Shown here: positions 36,734-46,559 of the stretch, one piece after another
Position numbering within the stretch: position 1 is the stretch's first letter
Layout: each line of letters begins with the position of its first letter
Source of the DNA: Terrimicrobiaceae bacterium
GTDB taxonomy: Bacteria; Verrucomicrobiota; Verrucomicrobiia; Chthoniobacterales; Terrimicrobiaceae
Assembly (NCBI GenBank): GCA_044342325.1
Contig: JBIIPZ010000002.1
Span: forward strand, 64,001 to 128,000
Direction: 5' to 3'
Length of the DNA: 64,000 nucleotides
Notes under the pieces: generated by a model
What the model was told of the DNA's origin: nothing
Databases searched by the model: none
Seen by the model: only the letters and a program-made list of their open reading frames with translations
Program-made: the position numbers and the translations under genes

Positions 36734-38475
36734 TGGACCGTAAATCCTGGATCGCCATCATTCTTTCAGTCACCGGCCTCTTCGCCTGGCAATGGTATAT
36801 CAGTAAATACTACAAGCCAGAGCCCCTGCCCGCCGGGGCGTCTGCCGCGCCGACTGCCACACCATCCGCTGCCGTGGCTGCGACGCCCACAGTGACTCCA
36901 GTCACAACGGCCGAGCCTCCACCCTCCATGTCGGCGCGCGCTGAGAGCCTCAGCACGAAAAGCACAGAATTTGTTTTCAACAACGACGCTGGCGGCATCG
37001 AGCAGGTCATCCTCCGCATGCACCTCGGAGAGAATCATGACAATGTCGCTTTGAATCGCAGTCGCTCCATGCCCATTGGCGCTTTCGGGTTCAACCCCGG
37101 CGAGGTGTTGGGCGGATTTGAAATGACCGCCGACCGCGCCAAGGGCGAGGTCTTTTTCAAGCGCACACAACCCGATGGACTCGAGATCAGCAAGCGATTC
37201 ACGCTTCCGCCGGGCGACGGCACAAAATCCCCCTACACGGTGAATCTAGAGGTCACCTTCACCAACCCCGGCTCTGCGGCCATTCAAGTCCCGGATTTCT
37301 TCATCTCTGCAGGCGGAGCCGCTCCCATCCACATCCACGACCTCCCCATGTATACTCGCTTCGATTGGGGGCATGAGGCCAAAATGTCGAACATCGATGT
37401 GAATTGGTTCTCCGCCAGTTCGGTTCCCTTAATTGGAATTCCTATCCACGGCGAGCGCCCGCTCTACCTCGAGAGCAATCCCGACATCCGCTGGGCAGCT
37501 GTTGCCAGCCAGTATTTCTGCACTATCGTGACTCCGCAGGCCGGCTCCGCCACAAAATCCGTTTGGGCAAAACGCTTCGACGCCCCGAAATTCAACGGCA
37601 CTCCCGTGTTTGGCGTGCAAGGCGGACTCATCCAAGGCGGGCTCTCGCTTCCTCCCGGCACGCGTGAGACACGCACCTTCCAAATTTACTCAGGCCCCAA
37701 GGAAATTCCCCGCCTGCGCGAGCTTGGCCCCACACAGGACCAAGTCATGAGCTTTGGAATGTTCGGCTTCGTGAGCGAATTCCTGCTCTGGGCGATGAAT
37801 CACCTCTACGCACTCCTCGGCAACTACGCCACAGCCATCATCGTTCTTACCATTTTGATCAAGACCATCCTCTGGCCTGTTCAAAACAAGGCGACGAACG
37901 AGATGCGTAAGATGGCACTTCTCGCGCCCAAGATGACCGAGATGCGGGATAAATACAAAGACAGCCCGCAGAAGCTCAACGAGGAGACCATGAAGCTCTA
38001 CAAAGAGTATGGGGTGAATCCTTTCAGCGGTTGCCTGCCCATGCTCATCCAGATTCCGATTTTCTTTGGCTTCTATTCGATGCTTGGCACCGCCATCGAG
38101 CTTCGCAATAGCTCGTTCTTCTGGGTCGCCGATCTCTCTCAACCCGACACGATCGCCCATGTGCTTGGATTCCCCATCAATGTTCTGCCTATCGTCATGG
38201 CAGGCACCATGGTGTGGCAGATGGTGATCACACCGAAAACCGGTGATGCCATGCAGCAGCGCATTTTCTACTTCATGCCGATCATTTTTCTGGTCTTCTG
38301 CTACAACTACGCCAGCGGACTCGCGCTCTATTGGACAACCCAGAATATTTTCTCTATCGTGCAGCTCTACCTCACGCGGAACAAACCACTTCCCACGCTT
38401 GAGAAAAAAAGTGTGGTCGCCAAGCGGACCGCAGTCGAGGCCAAGAAAAAAAGTAAAAACCGCCACAGCCCATGA
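36733..38475 (+). CDS. yidC: Membrane protein insertase YidC
   Basis: Y.GPK, GN...AII.LT, GVNP.SGCLPMLIQIPIF, DLSQPD, GLALYW. Confidence 0.96.
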   Translation: MDRKSWIAIILSVTGLFAWQWYISKYYKPEPLPAGASAAPTATPSAAVAATPTVTPVTTAEPPPSMSARAESLSTKSTEFVFNNDAGGIEQVILRMHLGENHDNVALNRSRSMPIGAFGFNPGEVLGGFEMTADRAKGEVFFKRTQPDGLEISKRFTLPPGDGTKSPYTVNLEVTFTNPGSAAIQVPDFFISAGGAAPIHIHDLPMYTRFDWGHEAKMSNIDVNWFSASSVPLIGIPIHGERPLYLESNPDIRWAAVASQYFCTIVTPQAGSATKSVWAKRFDAPKFNGTPVFGVQGGLIQGGLSLPPGTRETRTFQIYSGPKEIPRLRELGPTQDQVMSFGMFGFVSEFLLWAMNHLYALLGNYATAIIVLTILIKTILWPVQNKATNEMRKMALLAPKMTEMRDKYKDSPQKLNEETMKLYKEYGVNPFSGCLPMLIQIPIFFGFYSMLGTAIELRNSSFFWVADLSQPDTIAHVLGFPINVLPIVMAGTMVWQMVITPKTGDAMQQRIFYFMPIIFLVFCYNYASGLALYWTTQNIFSIVQLYLTRNKPLPTLEKKSVVAKRTAVEAKKKSKNRHSP

Positions 38476-38942
38476 ATGCGACACCCGTTGAGATTCTTGA
38501 TACCCTCCTTGGCTACCTCGGCTTTGTGGCCGAAGTCAAAGAAGAGCAAAACGACGGCAATACCACGCTTCAGATCCTCACCAACGAAACCGACCGGCTC
38601 ATAGGCCGCCATGAAGAGGTGATGGATGACCTTCAGTATCTCGTCAATCGCATCCTCACCTCGCAAAATCCCCCTGGTGCCCGGGTCATTGTCGATGTCC
38701 AACACTATCGCAGCATGCGCGATGACGCCCTTGTAGCCAAAGTGCGCCAACTCGCCAGCGCCGTCCGCGCCAGCGGCCGCCCGATGCAAACCGCACCGCT
38801 CAATTCCTACGACCGCCGCATCGTGCACAACGCCTTTAAAGACGATCCTGAACTCGTCACCTGGAGCCCGCCTGATGAAGCCCGAGTGAAACGCATCACA
38901 ATCCGCAAGCGCCCCGTCCGCCGCTCCGATTCGCCCGCCTGA
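38472..38942 (+). CDS. Jag/KhpB-like KH and R3H RNA-binding protein (short form)
   Basis: LIGR.....LQYLVN, DV..YR, PLNSYDRRIVH; follows yidC. Confidence 0.88.
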   Translation: MNATPVEILDTLLGYLGFVAEVKEEQNDGNTTLQILTNETDRLIGRHEEVMDDLQYLVNRILTSQNPPGARVIVDVQHYRSMRDDALVAKVRQLASAVRASGRPMQTAPLNSYDRRIVHNAFKDDPELVTWSPPDEARVKRITIRKRPVRRSDSPA

Positions 38943-38958
38943 GCGAGCCCGCCCATTC

Positions 38959-39222
38959 ATGTCCGAACCACGCCTCAGCGACCTCAAAAGCCGCGCCCAG
39001 CTCCTCAAACCCGTCCTCAAACTCGGCAAAGCCGGAGCCACCCCGGAGTTCCTCGCCGCCCTCGAAGAGCAGCTGAACCTGCATCAAATCCTGAAAATCC
39101 GCTTCGAAGGATTCAAAGAGGAACGCAAAACCCTCTCCAAAGAACTCGCTGCCAAAACAAATTCCCTCCTCGTTCAGCAGGTCGGCCACACCGCCGTCTA
39201 CTATCGCCGAGCCAGCGCGTAA
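38959..39222 (+). CDS. yhbY: YhbY/CRM domain RNA-binding protein
   Basis: LK..A..LKP....GK.G, H..LKI, QQVGH.AVYYR. Confidence 0.9.
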   Translation: MSEPRLSDLKSRAQLLKPVLKLGKAGATPEFLAALEEQLNLHQILKIRFEGFKEERKTLSKELAAKTNSLLVQQVGHTAVYYRRASA

Positions 39223-39271
39223 GCAGCGCAAACATCTTCCAGTGGCCTGTCTGCCTCCCCGTGCTTCTTGG

Positions 39272-40138
39272 TCAGTTGATCTTCACAGTGCCCGTTTTCT
39301 TTTTGCGCTTTGGAGATTTTTTTACCGGTTTCCGCTTTTGGGTAATCGCCTTTTTTGCGGTCGGTTTGGTCTTTGACGGTGAAGGGACTTTTTTTCGGGA
39401 GGCTGGAGCTTTATCAAGAGTCTGCGCTGGCGCTTTGGAGTCGATTTCCACGCCGAAGATGGAAGAAAGATCGTCTTCGGCAAGCGAGGTGGCCTCGCCA
39501 AGCGGGGCGGCCGCGCTTTCACTGGCCGCAGCGAGAAGGTCCTGCATATCGACACCGCGGAGAGTAAAGAATAACTCGGGCGAGGCGTCCAGACGCGCTC
39601 CAACTCCGTAAAGAACGGCTGCAACATGCTTACACATATCGGCCCAATCCGGACAGCTGCAGTCGAGCTTGATCTCCTTGGGTGATGGAAAAAGCCCGCT
39701 GTCCTTGGCGGTGAGCGAGGCCAAAAGGTCTTTCGAAAGGCGCCCTTGGAGGAGGTCTAGCAAATTTGTGACCTGCCCTGTTGAGGTATTCACAAAGGCT
39801 TTCCAGCGATCGCTCGCGAGCGGGCTGATCGTAACAGCAATTTTGTAAAGCGAGGATCCTTGAACGAGTGCGGTGACACGCCCGGCTTCAATTTTCAGAT
39901 CAATCACCGATCCGTTGCGGGCATAGGTGCGCCCGCGGGGGAGGCGGTTTTCGTAATCGCTATACGCCTCCAGATTTGCGCACCACGCCTTGCCCCAGAA
40001 TGTCTTGGCAATCGCCCGGCCTTCGATGACCACCGGTTCGAGTTTGAGTCCGTTTTTTTGCAGTTTTGTGGCTGCCTTTGCCGCTTGGGCGCGACGTGCT
40101 GCGACTGGAACGTATGGTTTGTAAAATCCTTGGAACAT
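39272..40138 (-). CDS. SWIM zinc-finger protein with Lys-rich C-terminal tail
   Basis: NRLPRGRTYARNGSV, CSCPDWADMCKHVAAVLY, P.L.F.LRG. Confidence 0.92.
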   Translation of the reverse strand: MFQGFYKPYVPVAARRAQAAKAATKLQKNGLKLEPVVIEGRAIAKTFWGKAWCANLEAYSDYENRLPRGRTYARNGSVIDLKIEAGRVTALVQGSSLYKIAVTISPLASDRWKAFVNTSTGQVTNLLDLLQGRLSKDLLASLTAKDSGLFPSPKEIKLDCSCPDWADMCKHVAAVLYGVGARLDASPELFFTLRGVDMQDLLAAASESAAAPLGEATSLAEDDLSSIFGVEIDSKAPAQTLDKAPASRKKVPSPSKTKPTAKKAITQKRKPVKKSPKRKKKTGTVKIN

Positions 40139-40146
40139 AAGCGGAT

Positions 40147-42840
40147 TTATTCAGTCAAGGCCGTTCGAATGTCGAGAGAAACGAAGTTCAGCAGTTCTGC
40201 ATTCGACATTTCAGTGAGCTGGGTTTCAGCTCCGCCTTCGCTGTCGAGGAGCGAGTCAGAGAGGGATTTTTTGCGGGTGATGAGTTCGTCGATCCTCTCC
40301 TCTATCGTTCCACGACAAACGAATTTGTGGACCAGAACATTTCGTTTCTGGCCGATGCGGAAGGCGCGATCGGTGGCCTGATTCTCAATCGCGGGGTTCC
40401 ACCAACGATCGAAGTGGATGACATGACTGGCGGCTGTCAGAGTGAGCCCGGTGCCACCGGCTTTGAGCGAGAGAACAAAAAACGGGGGACCATCGTTTCG
40501 CTGGAAATCTTCGACCATTTTGCGGCGTTGAGGCACCGGTGTGCCGCCGTGAAGAACCAGCCCAGGCCTGCCGAAGAGTCCATGCAGATAATCCGCCAGC
40601 GGCTGTGTGATTTCCCGAAATTGGGAGAACACGATCACCTTTTCCTGCCGGGAGGCGATCTCGTCGGCCAGGGCGGCCAGGCGCAAAAACTTCCCGCTTG
40701 CCTCCGGTTCGTAGTTTCCACCACCCGTCCAATGATCCGGATGGTTGCAGATTTGTTTAAACCGCATCAGGTAGGCCAGAACCAGACCTCGACGCTGGAT
40801 GCCATCCGTGATCGTCTCCAGCTTCTCCGCGAGTTCAGCGACGGTTTTTTCGTAAAGCACAGCCTGCTTCTTGGCCAAAGGACACCAGGCGGTGAGTTCG
40901 GTTTTGTCAGGGAGATCGGCAATGATGCGGCGGTCGGTTTTCAGTCGCCTCAAAAGATAGGGCGTGATCAATCGGCGCAGAGGCGCGAAGTCCGGTGGAC
41001 TGCCGCCTTGAATGCGCTTCACTGCAAGGGAGAACTCCGGCGAAGTGCCAAGTAAACTGGGATTCAGAAAATCGTAGAGTGACCAGAGGTCGCCTAGGCG
41101 GTTCTCAATCGGAGTGCCACTCAGGGCAATGCGCGAACGGGCGGGGATCAATTTGACCATGCGCGTCTGTTTACTGCCTGGATTTTTGATGGCTTGGGCC
41201 TCATCGAGAATGAGCAAACGCCACTGGCGCTCCTTCATCCACTCCAAGCGCGATGCCTGGCCGTAAGTCGTGAGAGCGAGGTCGCAACCTAGTATGAGCC
41301 GATCCGCACTGGCTGCATCGCGCCAGTCCTCCGGCGGTGTCTCGGAGGGATGCAGGCACACCGCACGCAGGCGCGGAGCGAAGCGTGCGATCTCCGATTT
41401 CCAGTTCGCCAGAAGCGATGCCGGTGCGATGAGTAGTGAGGGCGCTCCGGGGGCTTCCTCCTTGAGTCGGTTCAGCAGGGCGATGATCTGAATGGTTTTT
41501 CCAAGCCCCATGTCGTCGGCAAGGCAGGCTCCCAGACCGAGATTTTGCAAAAGCCAAAGCCATTTCACACCCTCGGCCTGATACGGCCTCAGTGTCGCAG
41601 CCATGTGTTCATTCGGATCAAATGTGACCGCTTGTGCCGGATCGGCCATTTTTGCAAGGGCATCCCTGAGCACGCCTCCAGCGACAACCTGGCTCCACTC
41701 CGGAGCGTTCGCTGTAGAAGCTTCAGTTTCATTGCGTGAACCTCCCCGGTAACCAGCGAGCAGGCGCATGGCCTCAAGAAAGGAAACTCCTTCGGTTTTT
41801 GCCGAAACCGTTTCCCAGTGCGACAGGACATCCTGCAGCTTGCCATGATCGACCTCGATCCATTGTCCGCGCAGCGAGACAAGGCCGTCCTGCCCACTCA
41901 TCAGGTCCTTCCATTCCTTCTCGCTGAGAGGTTCGCCGTCCAGCGTGGTGTGGATGGAAAAAGACATCATCGCATCCAAGCCGACGCCCGAGCTTTCAGC
42001 GCCACCGATGCAAATGCTGACCTTAGGACGCGAGGCGCGACCATTTTTCCACCAGTTTGGAATGCGTGTCACAATGCCTGCCTCCTCAAGCGCCGGAACC
42101 TCCCGCAGAAATGCATGCGCTTGTAAAGGCGACCACGATTGGGCTTGGAAGACGCGCCGACTGTCGAGCAGGTCGCGCACCCACGGGCTTGTTTCCGCTG
42201 CCTTCTGCACAGGCTCGAGAAGAGACCTCAGCGCAGCTTGGTTTTTAGCGCCGGCATATTCCTGCAAAGCTCGCGCTAGAGGCAGGTGGACCGGCTTTTC
42301 CCCCCCGCTCAGCCGATGGGTATAAGTCGCCATGAAAGCAAAAGGCGTGTCGGGGGTTCGTTTATTCTCGGCGAGATGGAAAGTGACTTTCCCGAGAAGG
42401 CGCAGCGCAGGATTGATCGAGGCCAAGCATTCACGCAAGCCGCCGACTTGGAGCGAAGCCTCCCGCGCGGACTGGACGATGGCCCCCCATAGCGCCTCAA
42501 AGACCTCCGGACTCGCATACTCGGCCCCGCGCATCGCAGGAATCCGCAGAGTCAAATCAAAGGCCATATCCTCAGGCATAGGAACGGACTCTGGAAATGT
42601 GCCATCCGATGATACGGGCGTGTGTGCGAGGGCTGTGAGGCAGGCATTGGCAAACCCACGCCAAAAACCAAAACTTGCACCGGTCTGAATTTCCGGACGT
42701 TTACAAGCAGCCAGTGCCAACAATCCCGCTCCATCTCCCGCAGCAAAGGCAGCGTGGACGGCGTTGTCCGTAACGGGTGGGCCTTGGTGACCTGTGTCTA
42801 CCACCACCCTCCCAAGAGGTGTCAGCGCAAAATCCATCAA
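40147..42840 (-). CDS. SNF2-family helicase/ATPase
   Basis: LRPYQ, LADDMGLGKT, DEAQAIKN, GTPIEN, SLKAGGTGL, WWNPA.E.QATDRAFRIGQ. Confidence 0.95.
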   Translation of the reverse strand: MMDFALTPLGRVVVDTGHQGPPVTDNAVHAAFAAGDGAGLLALAACKRPEIQTGASFGFWRGFANACLTALAHTPVSSDGTFPESVPMPEDMAFDLTLRIPAMRGAEYASPEVFEALWGAIVQSAREASLQVGGLRECLASINPALRLLGKVTFHLAENKRTPDTPFAFMATYTHRLSGGEKPVHLPLARALQEYAGAKNQAALRSLLEPVQKAAETSPWVRDLLDSRRVFQAQSWSPLQAHAFLREVPALEEAGIVTRIPNWWKNGRASRPKVSICIGGAESSGVGLDAMMSFSIHTTLDGEPLSEKEWKDLMSGQDGLVSLRGQWIEVDHGKLQDVLSHWETVSAKTEGVSFLEAMRLLAGYRGGSRNETEASTANAPEWSQVVAGGVLRDALAKMADPAQAVTFDPNEHMAATLRPYQAEGVKWLWLLQNLGLGACLADDMGLGKTIQIIALLNRLKEEAPGAPSLLIAPASLLANWKSEIARFAPRLRAVCLHPSETPPEDWRDAASADRLILGCDLALTTYGQASRLEWMKERQWRLLILDEAQAIKNPGSKQTRMVKLIPARSRIALSGTPIENRLGDLWSLYDFLNPSLLGTSPEFSLAVKRIQGGSPPDFAPLRRLITPYLLRRLKTDRRIIADLPDKTELTAWCPLAKKQAVLYEKTVAELAEKLETITDGIQRRGLVLAYLMRFKQICNHPDHWTGGGNYEPEASGKFLRLAALADEIASRQEKVIVFSQFREITQPLADYLHGLFGRPGLVLHGGTPVPQRRKMVEDFQRNDGPPFFVLSLKAGGTGLTLTAASHVIHFDRWWNPAIENQATDRAFRIGQKRNVLVHKFVCRGTIEERIDELITRKKSLSDSLLDSEGGAETQLTEMSNAELLNFVSLDIRTALTE

Positions 42841-43048
42841 TCAATGTTTTGCAGTTTGGCGCCGAATGAAAATGGAAAAAGCCAATCGTCGCCATTTGGA
42901 ATCGGACTCTAAAAGCAGAGCTCCATGTTGTTTGCACAGTCCCTCTACCGAAGAGTCGAACTCTAAGGGACTTCGAGTTCTATCACGCAGCGAGATGCAT
43001 CATGTCACCGGTCTTCACAAAGGTTGGGCCATCTGTTTGACTACATCC

Positions 43049-43639
43049 ATGCCACGTGAAGCAACAATCCACCGCACGACTTCGGAAACCTCGATTCAAC
43101 TCACCATCAAGCTCGATGGTTCAGGCGTATCCCGCATTTCCACCGGGATCGCTTTTTTCGACCATATGCTCACCCTGTTTTCAAAACACGGCCTCATGGA
43201 TTTGGATGTCACCGCGAAGGGCGATATCGAAGTGGATTTTCATCACACTGTGGAGGACACCGGCATTGCGCTCGGGCAGGCGATCACGCAGGCGCTGGGG
43301 GACAAGGCGGGCATTCGCCGGTATGGATTTTTCTATGTTCCGATGGATGAAGCCCTCGTCCGCGCTGTGGTGGATCTCAGCGGCAGGCCGTTTCTGGCTT
43401 ACAATGCTCCGGAGCGTGTCTCGCCGATCGGCGGCAATTTCGAGTTTCAGTTGGTTGAGGAATTTCTGCGCGCCCTCTCGGTGCATGCTGGCATGAACCT
43501 GCATGTGGACATTCTAGCCGGTCGCGATGCCCACCACATGGCTGAGGGGGTTTTTAAATCCCTCGCCCGCGCGCTGGATCAGGCGACAGCGGTGGACTCC
43601 CGCGTTCAAGGCATTCCGAGCACGAAGGGTGTCTTGTGA
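43049..43639 (+). CDS. hisB: Imidazoleglycerol-phosphate dehydratase
   Basis: FFDHML, D.HHTVED, PMDEAL, HHMAEGVFK, PSTKG. Confidence 0.96.
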   Translation: MPREATIHRTTSETSIQLTIKLDGSGVSRISTGIAFFDHMLTLFSKHGLMDLDVTAKGDIEVDFHHTVEDTGIALGQAITQALGDKAGIRRYGFFYVPMDEALVRAVVDLSGRPFLAYNAPERVSPIGGNFEFQLVEEFLRALSVHAGMNLHVDILAGRDAHHMAEGVFKSLARALDQATAVDSRVQGIPSTKGVL

Positions 43640-44250
43640 GTGGGAAAAAACTCGGCGTCATTGACTATGGCAGCGGCAACCTTCGAAGCGTCTGCAAGGC
43701 TCTCGAAGCCTCAGGATCATTTCCCACTCTTGTGACCGGGCCCTCCGGCCTCGCCGGATTGGATGCCATAGTTGTCCCCGGCGTGGGAGCCTTTGCGCAT
43801 TGTGCGGAGAACCTCCGCGCTACCGGGCTGTGGAATCCGGTTCGCGAATGGGCGCTCTCCGGCCGTCCCTATCTTGGCATCTGCCTCGGCTACCAGCTTC
43901 TCTTCGAATCCAGCGAGGAATCCCCCGGTGTGGACGGGCTTGGTGTTCTGAAAGGGCGCGTCGTGCGATTTCCCGATGCCGGCCTCAAGGTTCCGCACAT
44001 GGGCTGGAATACGCTCTCGAAAACTTCAGGTCCGCTCTACAACGGCCTCCCCGGCGATGTTTCCATGTATTTCGTGCATTCGTATTATCCCGTGCCCGCC
44101 GACTCCTCGTTGGTGAGCGCATGGAGTGACTACGGCGTTTCCTTCGCCGCCGGGGTCTCCTCGGGCGCACTGCACGCCGTGCAATTCCATCCTGAAAAAA
44201 GCCAGTCCGCCGGACTCGCTCTTCTTCGCAATTTTCTTTCGACACTATGA
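43636..44250 (+). CDS. hisH: Imidazole glycerol phosphate synthase glutaminase subunit
   Basis: DYGSGNL, PGVG, GICLG, PHMGWN, YFVHSY, QFHPEKS. Confidence 0.96.
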   Translation: MSGKKLGVIDYGSGNLRSVCKALEASGSFPTLVTGPSGLAGLDAIVVPGVGAFAHCAENLRATGLWNPVREWALSGRPYLGICLGYQLLFESSEESPGVDGLGVLKGRVVRFPDAGLKVPHMGWNTLSKTSGPLYNGLPGDVSMYFVHSYYPVPADSSLVSAWSDYGVSFAAGVSSGALHAVQFHPEKSQSAGLALLRNFLSTL

Positions 44251-44972
44251 TTCTTCTGCCAGCCATCGACCTCATGGGCGGCGAAGTCGTGCGCCTCAAG
44301 CGCGGACTTGCCACCGAGAAAACCGTTTATTCCTCCGACCCTGTGGTATTCGCCAAAAAGTGGGAGGACTCCGGCGCTGATTGGCTCCACATCGTCGATC
44401 TCGACGCAGCTTTCACCGGTGAGCCGCAGAACCTTGATGCCGTTGCAAAGATCTGCGCCGCCGTGAAGGTTCCCTGCGAACTCGGCGGCGGTATGCGTAG
44501 TGTGGAAAAAATCCAAGCCGCCTTCGATGCGGGCGTGAGCCGTGTCATCCTCGGCACCAAGGCTTGCCAATCTCCTGAAACCATCGCAGACATCTGCTCC
44601 CAATTCGGAGGCGAGCGCATAGCCGTGGGCATCGACGCCCACGGCGGCAAGGTTGCCGTGAAGGGATGGACCGAGACTACAGCCACATCAGCCACCGACC
44701 TCGCCCTCGCCGCGCAGCAAGCCGGTGCTGGAACCATTATCTACACCGATATCGCCACCGACGGCATGCTCGAGGGGCCAAATTTCGCGGAGTTGGAAAA
44801 AATGCTTTCCCTGCTGAGCTGCAACCTCATAGCCAGCGGCGGAGTCTCCTGCGCCGACGACCTGCGCCGCCTGAACACCATGCCCAGCCTCTACGGAGCC
44901 ATCATCGGCAAAGCCCTCTACGACGGCCGCATCACCGGAGACCTCCGCGCCATCCTCCAAAGCGCGCCCTAA
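44247..44972 (+). CDS. hisA: ProFAR isomerase
   Basis: PAIDL, HIVDLD, GGGMR, TDI..DGML.GPN, ASGGV, GKALY. Confidence 0.96.
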   Translation: MILLPAIDLMGGEVVRLKRGLATEKTVYSSDPVVFAKKWEDSGADWLHIVDLDAAFTGEPQNLDAVAKICAAVKVPCELGGGMRSVEKIQAAFDAGVSRVILGTKACQSPETIADICSQFGGERIAVGIDAHGGKVAVKGWTETTATSATDLALAAQQAGAGTIIYTDIATDGMLEGPNFAELEKMLSLLSCNLIASGGVSCADDLRRLNTMPSLYGAIIGKALYDGRITGDLRAILQSAP

Positions 44973-45341
44973 AAAAACACGCCTCGGAGGGTCGTCGTCT
45001 CGCATGACCCAAATTTCAAGCACGGAAGGCCTTTCAAGACAGGATTTACAGAATCAGTGGATAAAATCGGCCTCTGAGACAGAAAGACAAAATCTGGTGG
45101 AGGGAAAAGGGAAACGCCGCTTCTCTCCGACCCAGGGCGCTACGAGCCGGAAGCTCGCCTGAAAAATGGGCCATGCGAGGACGATTAACTCTCCTGCAAT
45201 CACGAATCGTGCTGGCGCGCGTCCGAAATCCCCCAATTTTTTTGCTGTCCATCATCCTGTCGAACCTCTGCGCCACAATTTGTCAAAATCGTCACATTCC
45301 TTCCGTTGATGCGATAAGGCCTTTTTGCGAATCCTTCCGTC

Positions 45342-46304
45342 ATGCCGATTCGCAAGGCCACGATTCACCAACCGCACGACAAGTTGGTCAAGTCGACCTT
45401 TTCGGACTCCGACAACGCTCGCGTCTTTTTCCAAGCCTACCTGCCGCGCAAGCTCGTCCGCCGCATGGATTGGAACTCGTTGACTCTGGTCAGTGGCACT
45501 TTCATCGACCCGGAATTCGCCGCCACCTCGAGCGACCTCCTCTTTACCGCGAAAATCGACGGCCAACCCGCCTTCCTCTACATCCTCTTCGAGCACCAGA
45601 ACCAGGAAGACCCGCTCATCGGCCTGCGCCTGCTCACCTACATGGTCCGCATCTGGAACGACTATCTCCGCAACAATCCCGGCGCAACGAAACTGCCGCC
45701 CATCCTCCCTCTCGTGCTCGCACAGGACAACAAACCCTGGAAAAGTTCCACCCGCTTCGCTGACTTGATCGACATCCCCGAAGGGGCAGGGGAGGACATC
45801 AAAAAACACATCCCCGACTTTGAATTCCAGCTCGTGGAGTTATACCGGATGCCATTTGAGAAAATCCTCGGCACACCGATGGGAATTCTCGCCCTGCGTG
45901 CCCTGAAAGCCGAAAAGCTCCATGCCCTGCTGGACGACACGGTCTGGGACGAATCGCTGTTGATCCAGTTGCCATCGGCCTCTTTCGAGATGCTGATGCG
46001 CTACATCCTGGACCGCGACCTTGACAAGCCCGCCTTTCGTCGGAAATTACAAACGCTGCACAACCCAAAACTGAGCAAAAACGCCATGTCACTCGCCGAA
46101 CAATTCCGCCAAGAAGGTCGTCAAGAAGGTCTGATCTTCTCCCAGCAACAAGCCATCCTCGAAGCGCTGGAAATCCGCTTCCAGCGAGTCCCGGCAGGCC
46201 TGCGCGAAGAGATTGAGTCGATCGCCGACTCCAAGAAACTCACGCACCTTCTCAGGGCCGCCATAACCAGCGCCGACCTCGAATCGTTCGCCGCAGAACT
46301 CTAA
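45342..46304 (+). CDS. Rpn family recombination-promoting nuclease / YhgA-like putative transposase
   Basis: PHD...K..F, F.D......SDLL, YILFEHQ, RLL.YM, LPP..P.V, MSLAEQ...EGRQEG. Confidence 0.9.
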   Translation: MPIRKATIHQPHDKLVKSTFSDSDNARVFFQAYLPRKLVRRMDWNSLTLVSGTFIDPEFAATSSDLLFTAKIDGQPAFLYILFEHQNQEDPLIGLRLLTYMVRIWNDYLRNNPGATKLPPILPLVLAQDNKPWKSSTRFADLIDIPEGAGEDIKKHIPDFEFQLVELYRMPFEKILGTPMGILALRALKAEKLHALLDDTVWDESLLIQLPSASFEMLMRYILDRDLDKPAFRRKLQTLHNPKLSKNAMSLAEQFRQEGRQEGLIFSQQQAILEALEIRFQRVPAGLREEIESIADSKKLTHLLRAAITSADLESFAAEL

Positions 46305-46388
46305 AACCCACTGGCCTATGCGGCGGAAACTTGAGGCGCCGACGGCGAGACTTTCCTACGATCTGGCAAATCCAGACGGGATTTTATC

Positions 46389-46559
46389 TTAGCGGGTGCC
46401 TTGCATGGCCGAGCCGAGGGCTCCTGCGCCTTCCCAAGAGGCAGGGCGATTCCACGGAAGAGAGCCTTCGGCGTGGGCGGCAGATCGTGGTTCGTCTGTG
46501 GCGCAACCGGTCAAGAAGGCGGCCGAGAGGATGAGGAGGCTAAAAAGCGACACTCTCAT
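46389..46559 (-). CDS. Small lipoprotein (56 aa)
   Basis: MRVSLFSLLILSAAFLTGC lipobox; PWNRPASWEG; overlaps the end of the upstream gene. Confidence 0.65.
   Translation of the reverse strand: MRVSLFSLLILSAAFLTGCATDEPRSAAHAEGSLPWNRPASWEGAGALGSAMQGTR

Noticed and set aside
42930..43048. Histidine attenuator (in-frame MHHVTGLH at 42995; hairpins at 42938-42980)
   Set aside because: The His codons are in frame with hisB without a stop, the hairpins lie upstream of them, and no U-tailed terminator follows
45342..46304. Active IS element
   Set aside because: Rpn/YhgA proteins are not established transposases; no terminal repeats or target duplication bracket the gene
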